Assembly (NCBI GenBank): GCA_040217195.1
Contig: JAVJNR010000002.1
Location: 160,001-224,000 of the forward strand
Length of the DNA stretch: 64,000 bases
Source: Leptospiraceae bacterium
Lineage (GTDB): Bacteria > Spirochaetota > Leptospiria > Leptospirales > Leptonemataceae
Direction of reading: 5' to 3'
Each line of letters starts with the position of its first letter. The first letter of the stretch is position 1. Of the stretch, positions 20,517-29,264 are shown in pieces. A program made the translations under genes and the position numbers. The notes under the pieces were generated by a model. The model was given only the letters and a program-made list of their open reading frames with translations. It was not told where the DNA came from and made no database searches.

Positions 20517-20677
20517 TTGGCGCCAGGCGAGCATGCATCTACCAATTCTGGTGGATGCATCGTAGGCCCGATTGGAATTCTTTGACCGGGGAGCTCAAAG
20601 AGATGCCGGTTCTTGACCGCCCCGGACCGCCCCGGGGCAGGCTCCGTGGTTAAAACCGCCTTCAATGAGATATTTTA

Positions 20678-20693
20678 AGGCACATTTTTTGCC
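20678..20693 (+). promoter_or_regulatory. Candidate sigma54 -24/-12 promoter
   Basis: AGGCACATTTTTTGCC with GG-N10-GC spacing, in the intergenic region upstream of 20830. Confidence 0.45.
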
Positions 20694-20829
20694 CAGGAAG
20701 GCTAATTTTTTTCATCGAATGCCCGATTTTTTGGAGGATGCCGGGGCGGTTTTTGCTACTCTGGCGGTACGAGGGGGCTGTGCTCAGTTCCTTCAGGGCC
20801 TTCGGGCCACTTAAACCGTGGAGGTGTGT

Positions 20830-21375
20830 ATGCGGACTTTTCCCGTCACACTGACGCTATTGTTTGCCAGTATGGGAATGCTCGATGCCGAGGTTTACCA
20901 GAAAGGGCCAGTAGCTATACAGGAAGAATCCAACGAGATTCGCCAGCTGCTGCTGGATCCGCCTGAGGGAGAACTATCCGACCTCAAGGATGCTTTAAAT
21001 GTCTGCTGCAAGAGTCCTTCTCTGGCTTTGATGGAGCTGGCGGACGATCCTACAAATCTTGCAAGGGTTAGAATTCTGTCTCTGGCCCTTCTTTCGGAAT
21101 ATCCTGGAAAGGAAGTGAAAAGCTACCTTCTTTCCGTAGTCAGGAATGAATCCGCCCATCCAACCTTCAGGGGCTGGGCTCTGCAGAGTTATGCTCGCGG
21201 ATTTGCTCAGACAGAATCGGAAGAGGTACGAGCGAATATCAAGCCTTACCTTTCGGATCTGGAGCCCATGTTAAGGGCTCGGGCAGAAACATCCATGGAA
21301 TACATTGTGCAGAACCGCTCTACGGGCGGCTCCGATCCGATGAAGCCCATGATCTCCCTTCTGCTGGAGGACTGA
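20830..21375 (+). CDS. Exported HEAT-repeat-like protein
   Basis: GGAGGT SD; signal peptide; helical repeats (ARVRILSLALL, FRGWALQSY, LRARAETSM). Confidence 0.65.
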   Translation: MRTFPVTLTLLFASMGMLDAEVYQKGPVAIQEESNEIRQLLLDPPEGELSDLKDALNVCCKSPSLALMELADDPTNLARVRILSLALLSEYPGKEVKSYLLSVVRNESAHPTFRGWALQSYARGFAQTESEEVRANIKPYLSDLEPMLRARAETSMEYIVQNRSTGGSDPMKPMISLLLED

Positions 21376-21565
21376 TAACTTCTTTCTGACCTGGCCGGAG
21401 ACCAGCAACGGGCTCCGGTTTTTTCACTCCATCTGCCCTGGGCTATGGCCATCACCGAAACCTGGATAATCTCCTGGAGCAACGACGGATAAATCCCGGG
21501 CCATTTCAATTCACCACGGATATGCAAAAAGGCAGACTTCTGACAATCCTGGTCGTCTAAAATCT

Positions 21566-22525
21566 GTGGCTGGAACCCTAAACGTAACTAAGATTCTCAG
21601 ATATATATTTGACCGGGCCGGAAGCGCCCTTCGGTCTTTGAATCGTTTCGGGCCAGGGGATGCTGGTTACTTTGCTTTCTTACTGTTGTCTGCGCTATTG
21701 TTAATTGCACAATGCAGCGATCCTGGCCAGGCCATGCCAGTCCAACGAGACCAGAGACTTCATCCAGTTGCCGAGAAAACCATAGGAACCATTGCTGCAC
21801 CGGAAGGATATTTTCGCCTGGAACCTGTAGATGGCTTTGCCCTATATTTGAGAAATCTTGCATTACTCCCGAATAATACGGTTCTTCTATTTAACGGACA
21901 AAATAAACGTAATCAGACCGCGCAATATCGAGTCATAGATCTTTCTGTCGGTGATAAAGATTTGCAGCAATGTGCGGATGCACTGATCCGACTACGTGCC
22001 GAGTACCTGTGGTCGGTTGATCGCTTTAAGGAGATTCGCTTTCGCTTTACCAGCGGTGATCCATCCAGCTATTTGCAATGGAGCCGGGGCTACAGACCCC
22101 GCATTAATGGAAATCAGGTAAAATTTCGCAAAGTCGCTACGCCGGCGCATTCCAGGGCTGCCTTTATGCGATATCTGGAGAATCTATTCACCTATGCTGG
22201 TACGATTTCGCTGGCTCTGGATTCCACCAAAGTGACCGGAACACCTGTAGCGGGAGATTTCTTTCTGGAGAGCGGCTCTCCAGGTCATGCAGTTATGATC
22301 CTCGATTCGGTGGAAAATAAGGAAGGTCACAGATTGTATCTTCTCGGGCAAAGCTACTTGCCCGCTCAGCAGTTTCATGTATTGAAGAATCCAGGTAGAG
22401 GAGAACCAGTGCCAGGAAAAGAATCCTCCGGGCCTGTATGGTATGATCTAAAGCCAGCAACCAGAACGCAAACCCCGGAATGGGTGTTTCCGGCCTATAG
22501 CTTGAGACGGTGGAAGCAGGAATAA
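21566..22525 (+). CDS. DUF4846-like lipoprotein (start uncertain)
   Basis: DLQQCADALIRLRAEY, YAGTISL, GSPGHA, QSYLPAQ. Confidence 0.8.
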   Translation: MAGTLNVTKILRYIFDRAGSALRSLNRFGPGDAGYFAFLLLSALLLIAQCSDPGQAMPVQRDQRLHPVAEKTIGTIAAPEGYFRLEPVDGFALYLRNLALLPNNTVLLFNGQNKRNQTAQYRVIDLSVGDKDLQQCADALIRLRAEYLWSVDRFKEIRFRFTSGDPSSYLQWSRGYRPRINGNQVKFRKVATPAHSRAAFMRYLENLFTYAGTISLALDSTKVTGTPVAGDFFLESGSPGHAVMILDSVENKEGHRLYLLGQSYLPAQQFHVLKNPGRGEPVPGKESSGPVWYDLKPATRTQTPEWVFPAYSLRRWKQE

Positions 22526-22552
22526 AAAATAAGACCGGGAGTATCCCCGGTC
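22524..22552 (-). terminator. Intrinsic terminator downstream of the monooxygenase operon
   Basis: GACCGGG/CCCGGTC stem followed on the minus strand by TTATTTTTT. Confidence 0.7.
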
Positions 22553-22656
22553 CTTAGCTGTCCTGATTCGACATTAGAGGAGTCGCAACTGGATTTATTT
22601 TGGGTGGAAACCGAGGATCAGAAAGTTGGACTAAACTGATCCTGTTTATCGGTGCT

Positions 22657-23703
22657 CTAGCTGGTGGCTCCGGCCAGCAAATGGCTGGAGTCCGTAAATC
22701 GATCGAAATGAATGCTCTCTTGTTGTATCCCGGCGGCCTTCAGGTGCTCCAGGGCTGAATCGATCATCCCAGGGGGGCCGCAAAGATATGCATGATGGTC
22801 AGACAGATCAGGTATTTCCTGGATCAGGTCGGTGACCAGGCCTCTGCGTCCGGACCAATCACTTCCTTCTGGTTCATGGCTTAGTACTGGTATGAAATCG
22901 AATTTACCCTGCCATTTTCGAGTGGCATTTTGAATCTCTTCTGTGGCGTACAGATCCGCCTGGGTCCTTGCACCAAATAGATACGTTGCATTTCTTTTCA
23001 AATCATCCCCTCCGGCGGATTCCAGGATGGAGAGAATCGGTGCCATACCGCTGCCACCCGCTATGAAAAGAAGAGGTTGCCTGGCCGGCTTGAGCTGGAA
23101 TTCTCCAAAGGGGCCGCCCAGCACCAGGGAAGCACCTACCCGATCCTTTGCGAATAGCCATTCCGTAAATTGGCCGCCCGGTACCTTTCTAATATGGAAT
23201 CGAACTTCTCGATTCCCCTGAGGCAGTGCCCTGGCAGCGAAGGAGTAATTCCGAGGTCTATCCAGCTCTGCAAAGGAAATGTCAGCGTATTGTCCGGCTG
23301 TATAATATATGCTTCGGTCCAGGGCTACAGTGATTCCCAGAATATCATGAGTAAGATCATCTATCCTGGTAATTGTGCCGGTAAACTCTTCAGCTGCGGC
23401 TTCACCCAGTTCTACATCGATGGTTAAATCACATTTCGGAATGGACTGACAGGCCAGGATGGATCCGTTCTGAATATCTTCCATACTGAGCACATACGCA
23501 GTGTCAGTCAGCTCCTTGATCTTACCATCCAGTAGTTTGGTTTTGCAGCTGGTACAGGATCCAACGCGGCAGCGATGCGGATAGCTCAGCCCCTGGTCCA
23601 GGGCAGCCTGAAGAATAGTCGTTTTATTGCCCACCTGGAGTTCATCGCCAGTGCTTTGAATCTTCACTGTGTAGCTCTCAGGTTTCTTTGAAAATAGTCC
23701 CAT
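22657..23703 (-). CDS. [2Fe-2S] ferredoxin-FAD/NADH reductase (XylA/CymAb-like monooxygenase electron-transfer subunit)
   Basis: CRVGSCTSC..C, RNYS, GGQFT, AGGSGMAP, YLCGPPGM. Confidence 0.92.
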   Translation of the reverse strand: MGLFSKKPESYTVKIQSTGDELQVGNKTTILQAALDQGLSYPHRCRVGSCTSCKTKLLDGKIKELTDTAYVLSMEDIQNGSILACQSIPKCDLTIDVELGEAAAEEFTGTITRIDDLTHDILGITVALDRSIYYTAGQYADISFAELDRPRNYSFAARALPQGNREVRFHIRKVPGGQFTEWLFAKDRVGASLVLGGPFGEFQLKPARQPLLFIAGGSGMAPILSILESAGGDDLKRNATYLFGARTQADLYATEEIQNATRKWQGKFDFIPVLSHEPEGSDWSGRRGLVTDLIQEIPDLSDHHAYLCGPPGMIDSALEHLKAAGIQQESIHFDRFTDSSHLLAGATS

Positions 23704-23784
23704 GGTTTCCCCCTACTCTGAAGACCGGCAGCGCCGAATGGCGCCACCAGCTTCGAACAGCGTACTGGCAGGATGCTGCTTCTA

Positions 23785-24951
23785 TCAGGCAGCCGCCTTT
23801 TCTATATTTACGTTTCCCAGGATTTGATTCCTGCGAGAAAGAACTTCAAGTTCTTCGCGTGATGCATGCTTCTCATCCCATTCTTTGAGTTTTGGGTTGA
23901 TGCTGGCCTTCCATACCGGTGGAACCATAGCTGCGAAGATTGTTGTCAGATATCCATAAGGCATTTCGGGAGCTTCTGGATATGGTTTGAGATTCCAGAA
24001 AGGCAGGTCTCCTTTCTCATGGTGCGCACTGTGTCGCGTGAGAGAGAACAACACCATACTGGAAACTACCTTGTTTGTATTCCAGGAATGTCGTGGCATG
24101 ACTGGCTGTCCGGGAACCCGCACCAGGCCGTAGTGTTCAATGTAGTTCACAACCTCGAATACGATTTTGGCCCAGGTGGCCTGTGCCATATAGATACCCA
24201 CTCCGAGCCATCCGGCTGCTGCATAAAAAGCGGCGGCATAAGTCAGACTCATCAAATAACCGGTAAGCATGCGGTTTCGGGGACCAAAGACCCAGTACCC
24301 TTTTTTCTTCAATCGACCGCTTTCCAGTCTCCAGGCGCTCAGATGCCCCAGCACAGTGGACTTAACCAAGAATACATACAGATTGTCGCCGCGCTGCGCA
24401 CTTGCAGGATCATGCTCGGTTGCAATCGTTTCATGATGTCCATAAACATGCTCGATACTAAAATCTGCATTGTTGCTCATGGCCAGCATCCATCGTCCCC
24501 AGGTCATAGAAAGAGGATCGGTGGTTCTATGGGTTAGTTCATGTGCGATGTTGGTGCCATATCCAGCCACGGTAAACCCGGTGCCCAGAATAGCTCCCAG
24601 AAGGTGATACCAGGTGCTGGACTGTCGTGCTTCGAATACATCATATCCAGTTAGGCTTTGAATCATGCTGCCCAGACCCAGAAAATCGGAAATTCCGCTC
24701 TGAGTGGCCCAGGCCAGTCCCCACAGGGTTACCAGTAGAAATGGTAATGCCAGAAATAGCACGAGGTTCAGAATCCACTTATGATTGTAGGTGGGTTCCG
24801 AAAGATCATCCTTGAATAGACCGTCACCGCCGATCATTACCAGGCAGATGATTCCAACGCCGAGCCACATATAAGGCCCGCCCATGATCGTTCCGATAAA
24901 GACTCCCGATAGCATAATCGGGGTCATAAACTGTTTTATATACTTCAACAT
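23785..24951 (-). CDS. Membrane non-heme diiron monooxygenase, AlkB/XylM family
   Basis: His boxes HELTH, EHVYGHH, NYIEHYG, RHSAHH; multiple transmembrane helices. Confidence 0.93.
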   Translation of the reverse strand: MLKYIKQFMTPIMLSGVFIGTIMGGPYMWLGVGIICLVMIGGDGLFKDDLSEPTYNHKWILNLVLFLALPFLLVTLWGLAWATQSGISDFLGLGSMIQSLTGYDVFEARQSSTWYHLLGAILGTGFTVAGYGTNIAHELTHRTTDPLSMTWGRWMLAMSNNADFSIEHVYGHHETIATEHDPASAQRGDNLYVFLVKSTVLGHLSAWRLESGRLKKKGYWVFGPRNRMLTGYLMSLTYAAAFYAAAGWLGVGIYMAQATWAKIVFEVVNYIEHYGLVRVPGQPVMPRHSWNTNKVVSSMVLFSLTRHSAHHEKGDLPFWNLKPYPEAPEMPYGYLTTIFAAMVPPVWKASINPKLKEWDEKHASREELEVLSRRNQILGNVNIEKAAA

Positions 24952-24980
24952 CCTTTTTCTCCTTACGCAGTTCTCTTCCT

Positions 24981-25700
24981 TTAGCTGTCTTTCTCAGCTT
25001 TTTCGCTCTTTTCCTGTGCTCCTTCCAGAGACTGGTTCAAATCTGAATCTCTTTCTCTTTGAAGAGCAGGCAGAAACAGAGCGCTTGCCAGAATCTGCAA
25101 AATATCCTGGAAGCGTTCTTTTAGTTTCTCTTCATCCCGATTGACTACACTTTCGATGGAAAGCCCCACAATGCTTGTGTGTACAAGCATTGCCAATCGC
25201 TCAAGAGGCATGATTAGCTGGTCCTTGAAAGGTCCCAGAGCCGATTCGACGACCTGAAGAATAAGATCCTTTTCAAGCTCCACGTATTCCTGCATTGTTC
25301 GTTGCAGCGTTTCATTGTGCGTTGCCGTTGCGTACATCTCTGTGAGAAAGGCAACCCTCACTTCATTTGTAAGCAGTCGGTCAAACAGCCCCTGGGCTGC
25401 ATCCAGTGCCATGGTCAGGGAAGGAGTTCCTCCGGTGAGGTTGTCCTTTACTTCCTGTGCCACCTCATTGGAGAGCAGTCGCAACGATTGCAGCATCAGT
25501 TCTTCTTTTGAATGAAAATGATAGTGCAGCAATGCCTTGCTTACGCCCGCGGAGCTGGCAATTTCCTTCATGGAAGCCCCTTCGTAGCCAAGCCTGGAAA
25601 TGGTATCGATGGTTGCCTGAAGAATCCGTTCTATGGTTTCTGCAGCTTCCGCCGACCGTCCGGTGCTTTCTGGAGTCTGCTTTTGATCTTTCTCTGTCAT
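24981..25700 (-). CDS. TetR/AcrR family transcriptional regulator
   Basis: RILQAT..GYEGASMKEIASSAGVSKALLHYHFHSKEEL. Confidence 0.95.
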   Translation of the reverse strand: MTEKDQKQTPESTGRSAEAAETIERILQATIDTISRLGYEGASMKEIASSAGVSKALLHYHFHSKEELMLQSLRLLSNEVAQEVKDNLTGGTPSLTMALDAAQGLFDRLLTNEVRVAFLTEMYATATHNETLQRTMQEYVELEKDLILQVVESALGPFKDQLIMPLERLAMLVHTSIVGLSIESVVNRDEEKLKERFQDILQILASALFLPALQRERDSDLNQSLEGAQEKSEKAEKDS

Positions 25701-25707
25701 CGATCGA

Positions 25708-25737
25708 AATATACTGGCTGGCCGGTCAGTCAGTCAA
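25708..25737 (-). promoter_or_regulatory. sigma70 promoter overlapped by a 22-bp palindromic operator (likely TetR site)
   Basis: TTGACT-N18-TATATT, 7 nt before the tetR ATG; ACTGACTGACC|GGCCAGCCAGT inverted repeat (9 of 11 positions match) at 25713-25734. Confidence 0.75.
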
Positions 25738-26119
25738 CAAAAAATACCAAAAAATAGCAAAAACGGAACCAGCTACGGACTTCAGACCTGGGAACTGCCT
25801 CTGAATAGCCTGTTGAGAGCGGATTTCCTTCTAATCTCTGCTTTTCGGAAGGGGTATGGCCGTGGCTATTCTGGCACAGAACCAGGGGGCGGATCGGCTA
25901 AATGCAATGGATCAGTGGACTCTCCTGGCGGAAAGCCCTGATTCTGCTGCGGTGGAGCCTGATCTGGTTCGGGGGATCTGAGGACAATGGTAGGCGAAGA
26001 ATTGGGCCGGTTGAAAGTAAATCTGAGAAAATTCTCGTCTATGTATCTAAGAATATAGTGGTTGCTTTATATGCTGCTCTGGCATTAGAGCATCGCCATT
26101 GAATTTACTGGAGTCTCCC

Positions 26120-26794
26120 ATGGAACGTAGAAAAAGATATAAGCGTCCACTTTCATTGATCCTGATTGGTTTGTTGTTCCTACTATTTCCTGTGTGGAAC
26201 TATTTTTCCATCTGCATCATGTCCGGATATCCCTACCAGCGTCCGCTCTATGTATTCAGCAAAATGGATCCGGTTGTTGCTCTATTGATGATACTTTCTT
26301 TTGCGGTGGGCGTAGGACTTCTACTGGTAAAGCGATGGGGCTGGAGACTGTTTTTTGTTTTTGCGGCACTGCTTCTGGGCTACAACGTCTGGGCTGTATT
26401 TTCTTTACCGGACTACTGGTTGAATATGCTCTATTTGCTCTATAGCGTGCTGGGCCTCGGTGCGGCGGTGTACTTTCTGCGGCCGGACATTTCTACTCCC
26501 TTTATGAAGATGTATCCCCGGGGCTGGAGATTCGAAAAGAGAATCCCGGTTCACCAAAAGATTCGGCTAAATGGTCAGGATTTTGAAACCAGAGATATAA
26601 GCACTCGCGGATTCTACATCGATTGGCCCAATTGCAACCTTGAAGTGGGTCAGGAAGTGGAAGTGGAAATCGATGGAATGCTATTAAAGGCTGGTATTGT
26701 AAGAATTGATGATAATGGAGCAGGGATGGCCTTTAGATACCAGAGACCGGAAAGCAGAAAAACGATTCGAAATCTTCTGGCTGCAGGAGCTTGA
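26120..26794 (+). CDS. Membrane protein with C-terminal PilZ domain
   Basis: Four transmembrane helices; RFEKR (RxxxR) and DISTRG (DxSxxG). Confidence 0.85.
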   Translation: MERRKRYKRPLSLILIGLLFLLFPVWNYFSICIMSGYPYQRPLYVFSKMDPVVALLMILSFAVGVGLLLVKRWGWRLFFVFAALLLGYNVWAVFSLPDYWLNMLYLLYSVLGLGAAVYFLRPDISTPFMKMYPRGWRFEKRIPVHQKIRLNGQDFETRDISTRGFYIDWPNCNLEVGQEVEVEIDGMLLKAGIVRIDDNGAGMAFRYQRPESRKTIRNLLAAGA

Positions 26795-27391
26795 TTAGCT
26801 CAGGTCTTTCTTCATATAATCTGTGGACTGACCTGCTCCTTCGTCCAGCCGGATGAGAAGGTTTTCCGGAACCGTCTCAATAATGAGCTGATCAAAGGTT
26901 TCCCGCTTCAGGAATTGCTGCTTCACCATTTGCAGCAGAAAGCGCTTTAGACCATCGTAGTATTCGGAGGAGTTATAGAGGGCCACCGGCTTATCATGAA
27001 TGCCCAGCTGCAGCCATGTAAATACTTCAAAGAATTCCTCCATTGTTCCGATTCCACCTGGCAGTACAATGAAGCCCTGGCTCAGCTCAGCCATCATGGC
27101 CTTTCGCTCATGCATGGATTTTACCACCCGGAGTTCAGTAATCTTTTCCTGGGCCAGTTCTCGCGCTGCCAGGGATTCGGGGATTACGCCAACCACTTCT
27201 CCGCCCGCGGCCATTGCCTCGGCGGCAACAATACCCATCAGACCTACACTGCCTCCGCCGTAGATAATCTTGATGCCATTTTCGGCCAGCAAACGAGCCA
27301 GTTCTCCGGCCTTTTGAGCGAATAAAGGGTCCACTCCATGGTTGGATCCGCAGAAGATACAAAGAGAGTTCAGGTTCTTTAGTTCAGTCAT
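26795..27391 (-). CDS. LOG family nucleotide phosphoribohydrolase (TIGR00730-like)
   Basis: CIFCGS, YGGGSVGLMG, MHERK, PGGIGTMEE. Confidence 0.93.
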   Translation of the reverse strand: MTELKNLNSLCIFCGSNHGVDPLFAQKAGELARLLAENGIKIIYGGGSVGLMGIVAAEAMAAGGEVVGVIPESLAARELAQEKITELRVVKSMHERKAMMAELSQGFIVLPGGIGTMEEFFEVFTWLQLGIHDKPVALYNSSEYYDGLKRFLLQMVKQQFLKRETFDQLIIETVPENLLIRLDEGAGQSTDYMKKDLS

Positions 27392-27447
27392 GGTATTTCC
27401 GTTTCTTGCAATACTCTAGAACAACAAATCAGGATTTCGCAATGGCG

Positions 27448-27479
27448 AAAAAAGAGGCCCCCTGCAGGCGGCCTCTTTT
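27448..27479 (-). terminator. Intrinsic terminator after efp and the acyltransferase
   Basis: AAAAGAGGCC/GGCCTCTTTT stem with a 6-U tract on the minus strand. Confidence 0.8.
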
Positions 27480-27511
27480 CAAAAAATCAGTGAGCTTTGC
27501 TCCAGTTAAAA

Positions 27512-28672
27512 TCACTCGGTCAGGGTCTTAAAATCCTTCGCAAAGGCAGTCGCAAGTACAGGAAGCTCCTGACCTATACCTTTCAAAGAATCCATGCTCA
27601 ATCGCTGAGAGGTCTTGCCCGGTCCAAAATCCACTATATGGGATACGGCCGGATTATGGCTGGCAGCGGCTGCCATGGGCTTTTCCCAGTACAGAGTTTT
27701 AAGCACCATGTCTGTGGCCAGACCCAGAGGCATATCGGCTTCTTGCTGATAATTGCGCTGATCAAAGAAGGAATAGATAGGAAAATTCAATTGGCTTCCC
27801 TGATAGTCGAATCCAATGCGTTCCAGATCCTTCTTAAAAAGAGGCATCATGGGCTCCATAAGTGGGCTGTGAAAAGGACAGGTAGTTCGCAGGTAAACGA
27901 ACTTGATCTTCTTTTCTTCGAAGGCATCCTTATTGGATTCGTGAAACTGAATGAGGCTACCTCGGTGTGAAGAAAGGATTCTATTATTTGGTGAGTTGTA
28001 CAGACTAATATAGATCTTCTTGTCTTCCGGAAGCTTTTCATTTTCCTTCTTAACCAGATCTTCTATGTATGCATGCTCTTCGCCCAGAACGGCAACCATG
28101 GGTGCGGGATTCGCGGCGCCCAGTTCTTCAGCTTTTTTTGCCTCTTCAGGTGTTGGATCGAAGAAAGGAAAAACTTCCTGGCTGCGAACACCAATGTACA
28201 GAACATATTTGGTGTATTTCTTAACCGCTTCCAGATAGGAGTCCCCTTCCAGTCCCAGAGAAATAAGTGTGGATGGAATCAAACCCTGGCTGTGTCCGCT
28301 ACCGCCCACTGTGGCCTTGACCAGAGACGGTCGATCATAGCCGGCTTGAGTCAAAGCTTCAAAGTGTGCAAGCTGGGTCATCTGAATCATAGGGATGGAA
28401 ACTGCTGCACATCCCAGGTAGTCTTCACTGGGAATAGTGCTTTCATCTTCGAGCCACTTTCGCGGATCCAGTCCATGAGGAAGACCCGGAGTCCCGTTCA
28501 CAATTGATGCCTCTTCTTCCAGAGCACTAATTGCCGCGTCGAAAAAAGGTTTCATTTCCCCTGCATCGTAATATTTCTTTAATTCCTTGTACCAGGGGGC
28601 TCCCTGACCTCCAAACTGCACAAATAAGCCTGGTTTCTCCAGTGCTTGTTGAAGTAATTGTGGTTTTGCCAT
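27512..28672 (-). CDS. ACP acyltransferase resembling the starter/acetyltransferase domain of fungal-type FAS I
   Basis: FGGQG, catalytic GHSQG, PFHS, HIVDFGPG, plus the WL..P..DYL..SIP.IQ..QLAH segment. Confidence 0.82.
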   Translation of the reverse strand: MAKPQLLQQALEKPGLFVQFGGQGAPWYKELKKYYDAGEMKPFFDAAISALEEEASIVNGTPGLPHGLDPRKWLEDESTIPSEDYLGCAAVSIPMIQMTQLAHFEALTQAGYDRPSLVKATVGGSGHSQGLIPSTLISLGLEGDSYLEAVKKYTKYVLYIGVRSQEVFPFFDPTPEEAKKAEELGAANPAPMVAVLGEEHAYIEDLVKKENEKLPEDKKIYISLYNSPNNRILSSHRGSLIQFHESNKDAFEEKKIKFVYLRTTCPFHSPLMEPMMPLFKKDLERIGFDYQGSQLNFPIYSFFDQRNYQQEADMPLGLATDMVLKTLYWEKPMAAAASHNPAVSHIVDFGPGKTSQRLSMDSLKGIGQELPVLATAFAKDFKTLTE

Positions 28673-28700
28673 TGATCTGTCCTGTGCTCCGGTAATCCGG

Positions 28701-29264
28701 TTATTTGTTTACGCGCTCCACAAAGGATAGGTCGCGAAGGTCAATCTTAACGATATCACCCTGCTTAATATGGATAGGAACATTTACTTCACCGCCGGTT
28801 TCCACGGTGACTCGTTTCTTTGCAGTGCCCTGAGTATCCCCTTTCAGACCTTCTTCTGCATAGGTAACTTCCAGTTCTACGAAGTTAGGAGGTGATACGG
28901 AAACAGGATTTCCTTCATAGAAGTTCACCTCGAAGGACATCTCTTCCTTGATGAAGTCCAGAATGTCCTCCAGCATATCCTTGGCGATGTTCACCTGCTC
29001 GAAATCATCTTGATCCATGAAAACAATCTGGTCGCCATCGGCATAGAGATACTGCATGTAACGCTTCTCAAGATCCACATCTTCAATGGACTCCGAGGAC
29101 TTGAAGGTACGTTCCAGCACACGTGCTGTACTGATGCTCTTCAGCTTGGTTCGTACAAAGGCGCTGCCCTTTCCCGGATTGACAAACTGCGAAAATGTAA
29201 CCGTGTACAGCTCGTTATCAAGCTTGACCACGGTGCCCTTTTTGAGATTTATAGGGTCGATCAT
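28701..29264 (-). CDS. efp: Translation elongation factor P
   Basis: VNPGKGSAFVRTKLK loop, YLYADG, GLKGDT, ETGGEVNVP. Confidence 0.97.
   Translation of the reverse strand: MIDPINLKKGTVVKLDNELYTVTFSQFVNPGKGSAFVRTKLKSISTARVLERTFKSSESIEDVDLEKRYMQYLYADGDQIVFMDQDDFEQVNIAKDMLEDILDFIKEEMSFEVNFYEGNPVSVSPPNFVELEVTYAEEGLKGDTQGTAKKRVTVETGGEVNVPIHIKQGDIVKIDLRDLSFVERVNK

Noticed and set aside
23866..24537. 223-aa plus-strand ORF inside the monooxygenase, and similar antisense ORFs such as 11529-12164 and 737-1330
   Set aside because: No motifs, atypical composition, fully antisense to well-supported genes
27512..28672. Assigning the symbol fabD
   Set aside because: Motifs differ from canonical FabD and match the FAS I acetyltransferase pattern better
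29086..29262. N-terminal extension of the aminomutase ORF overlapping efp
   Set aside because: It is antisense to conserved efp sequence; family similarity begins only near DWLWQ
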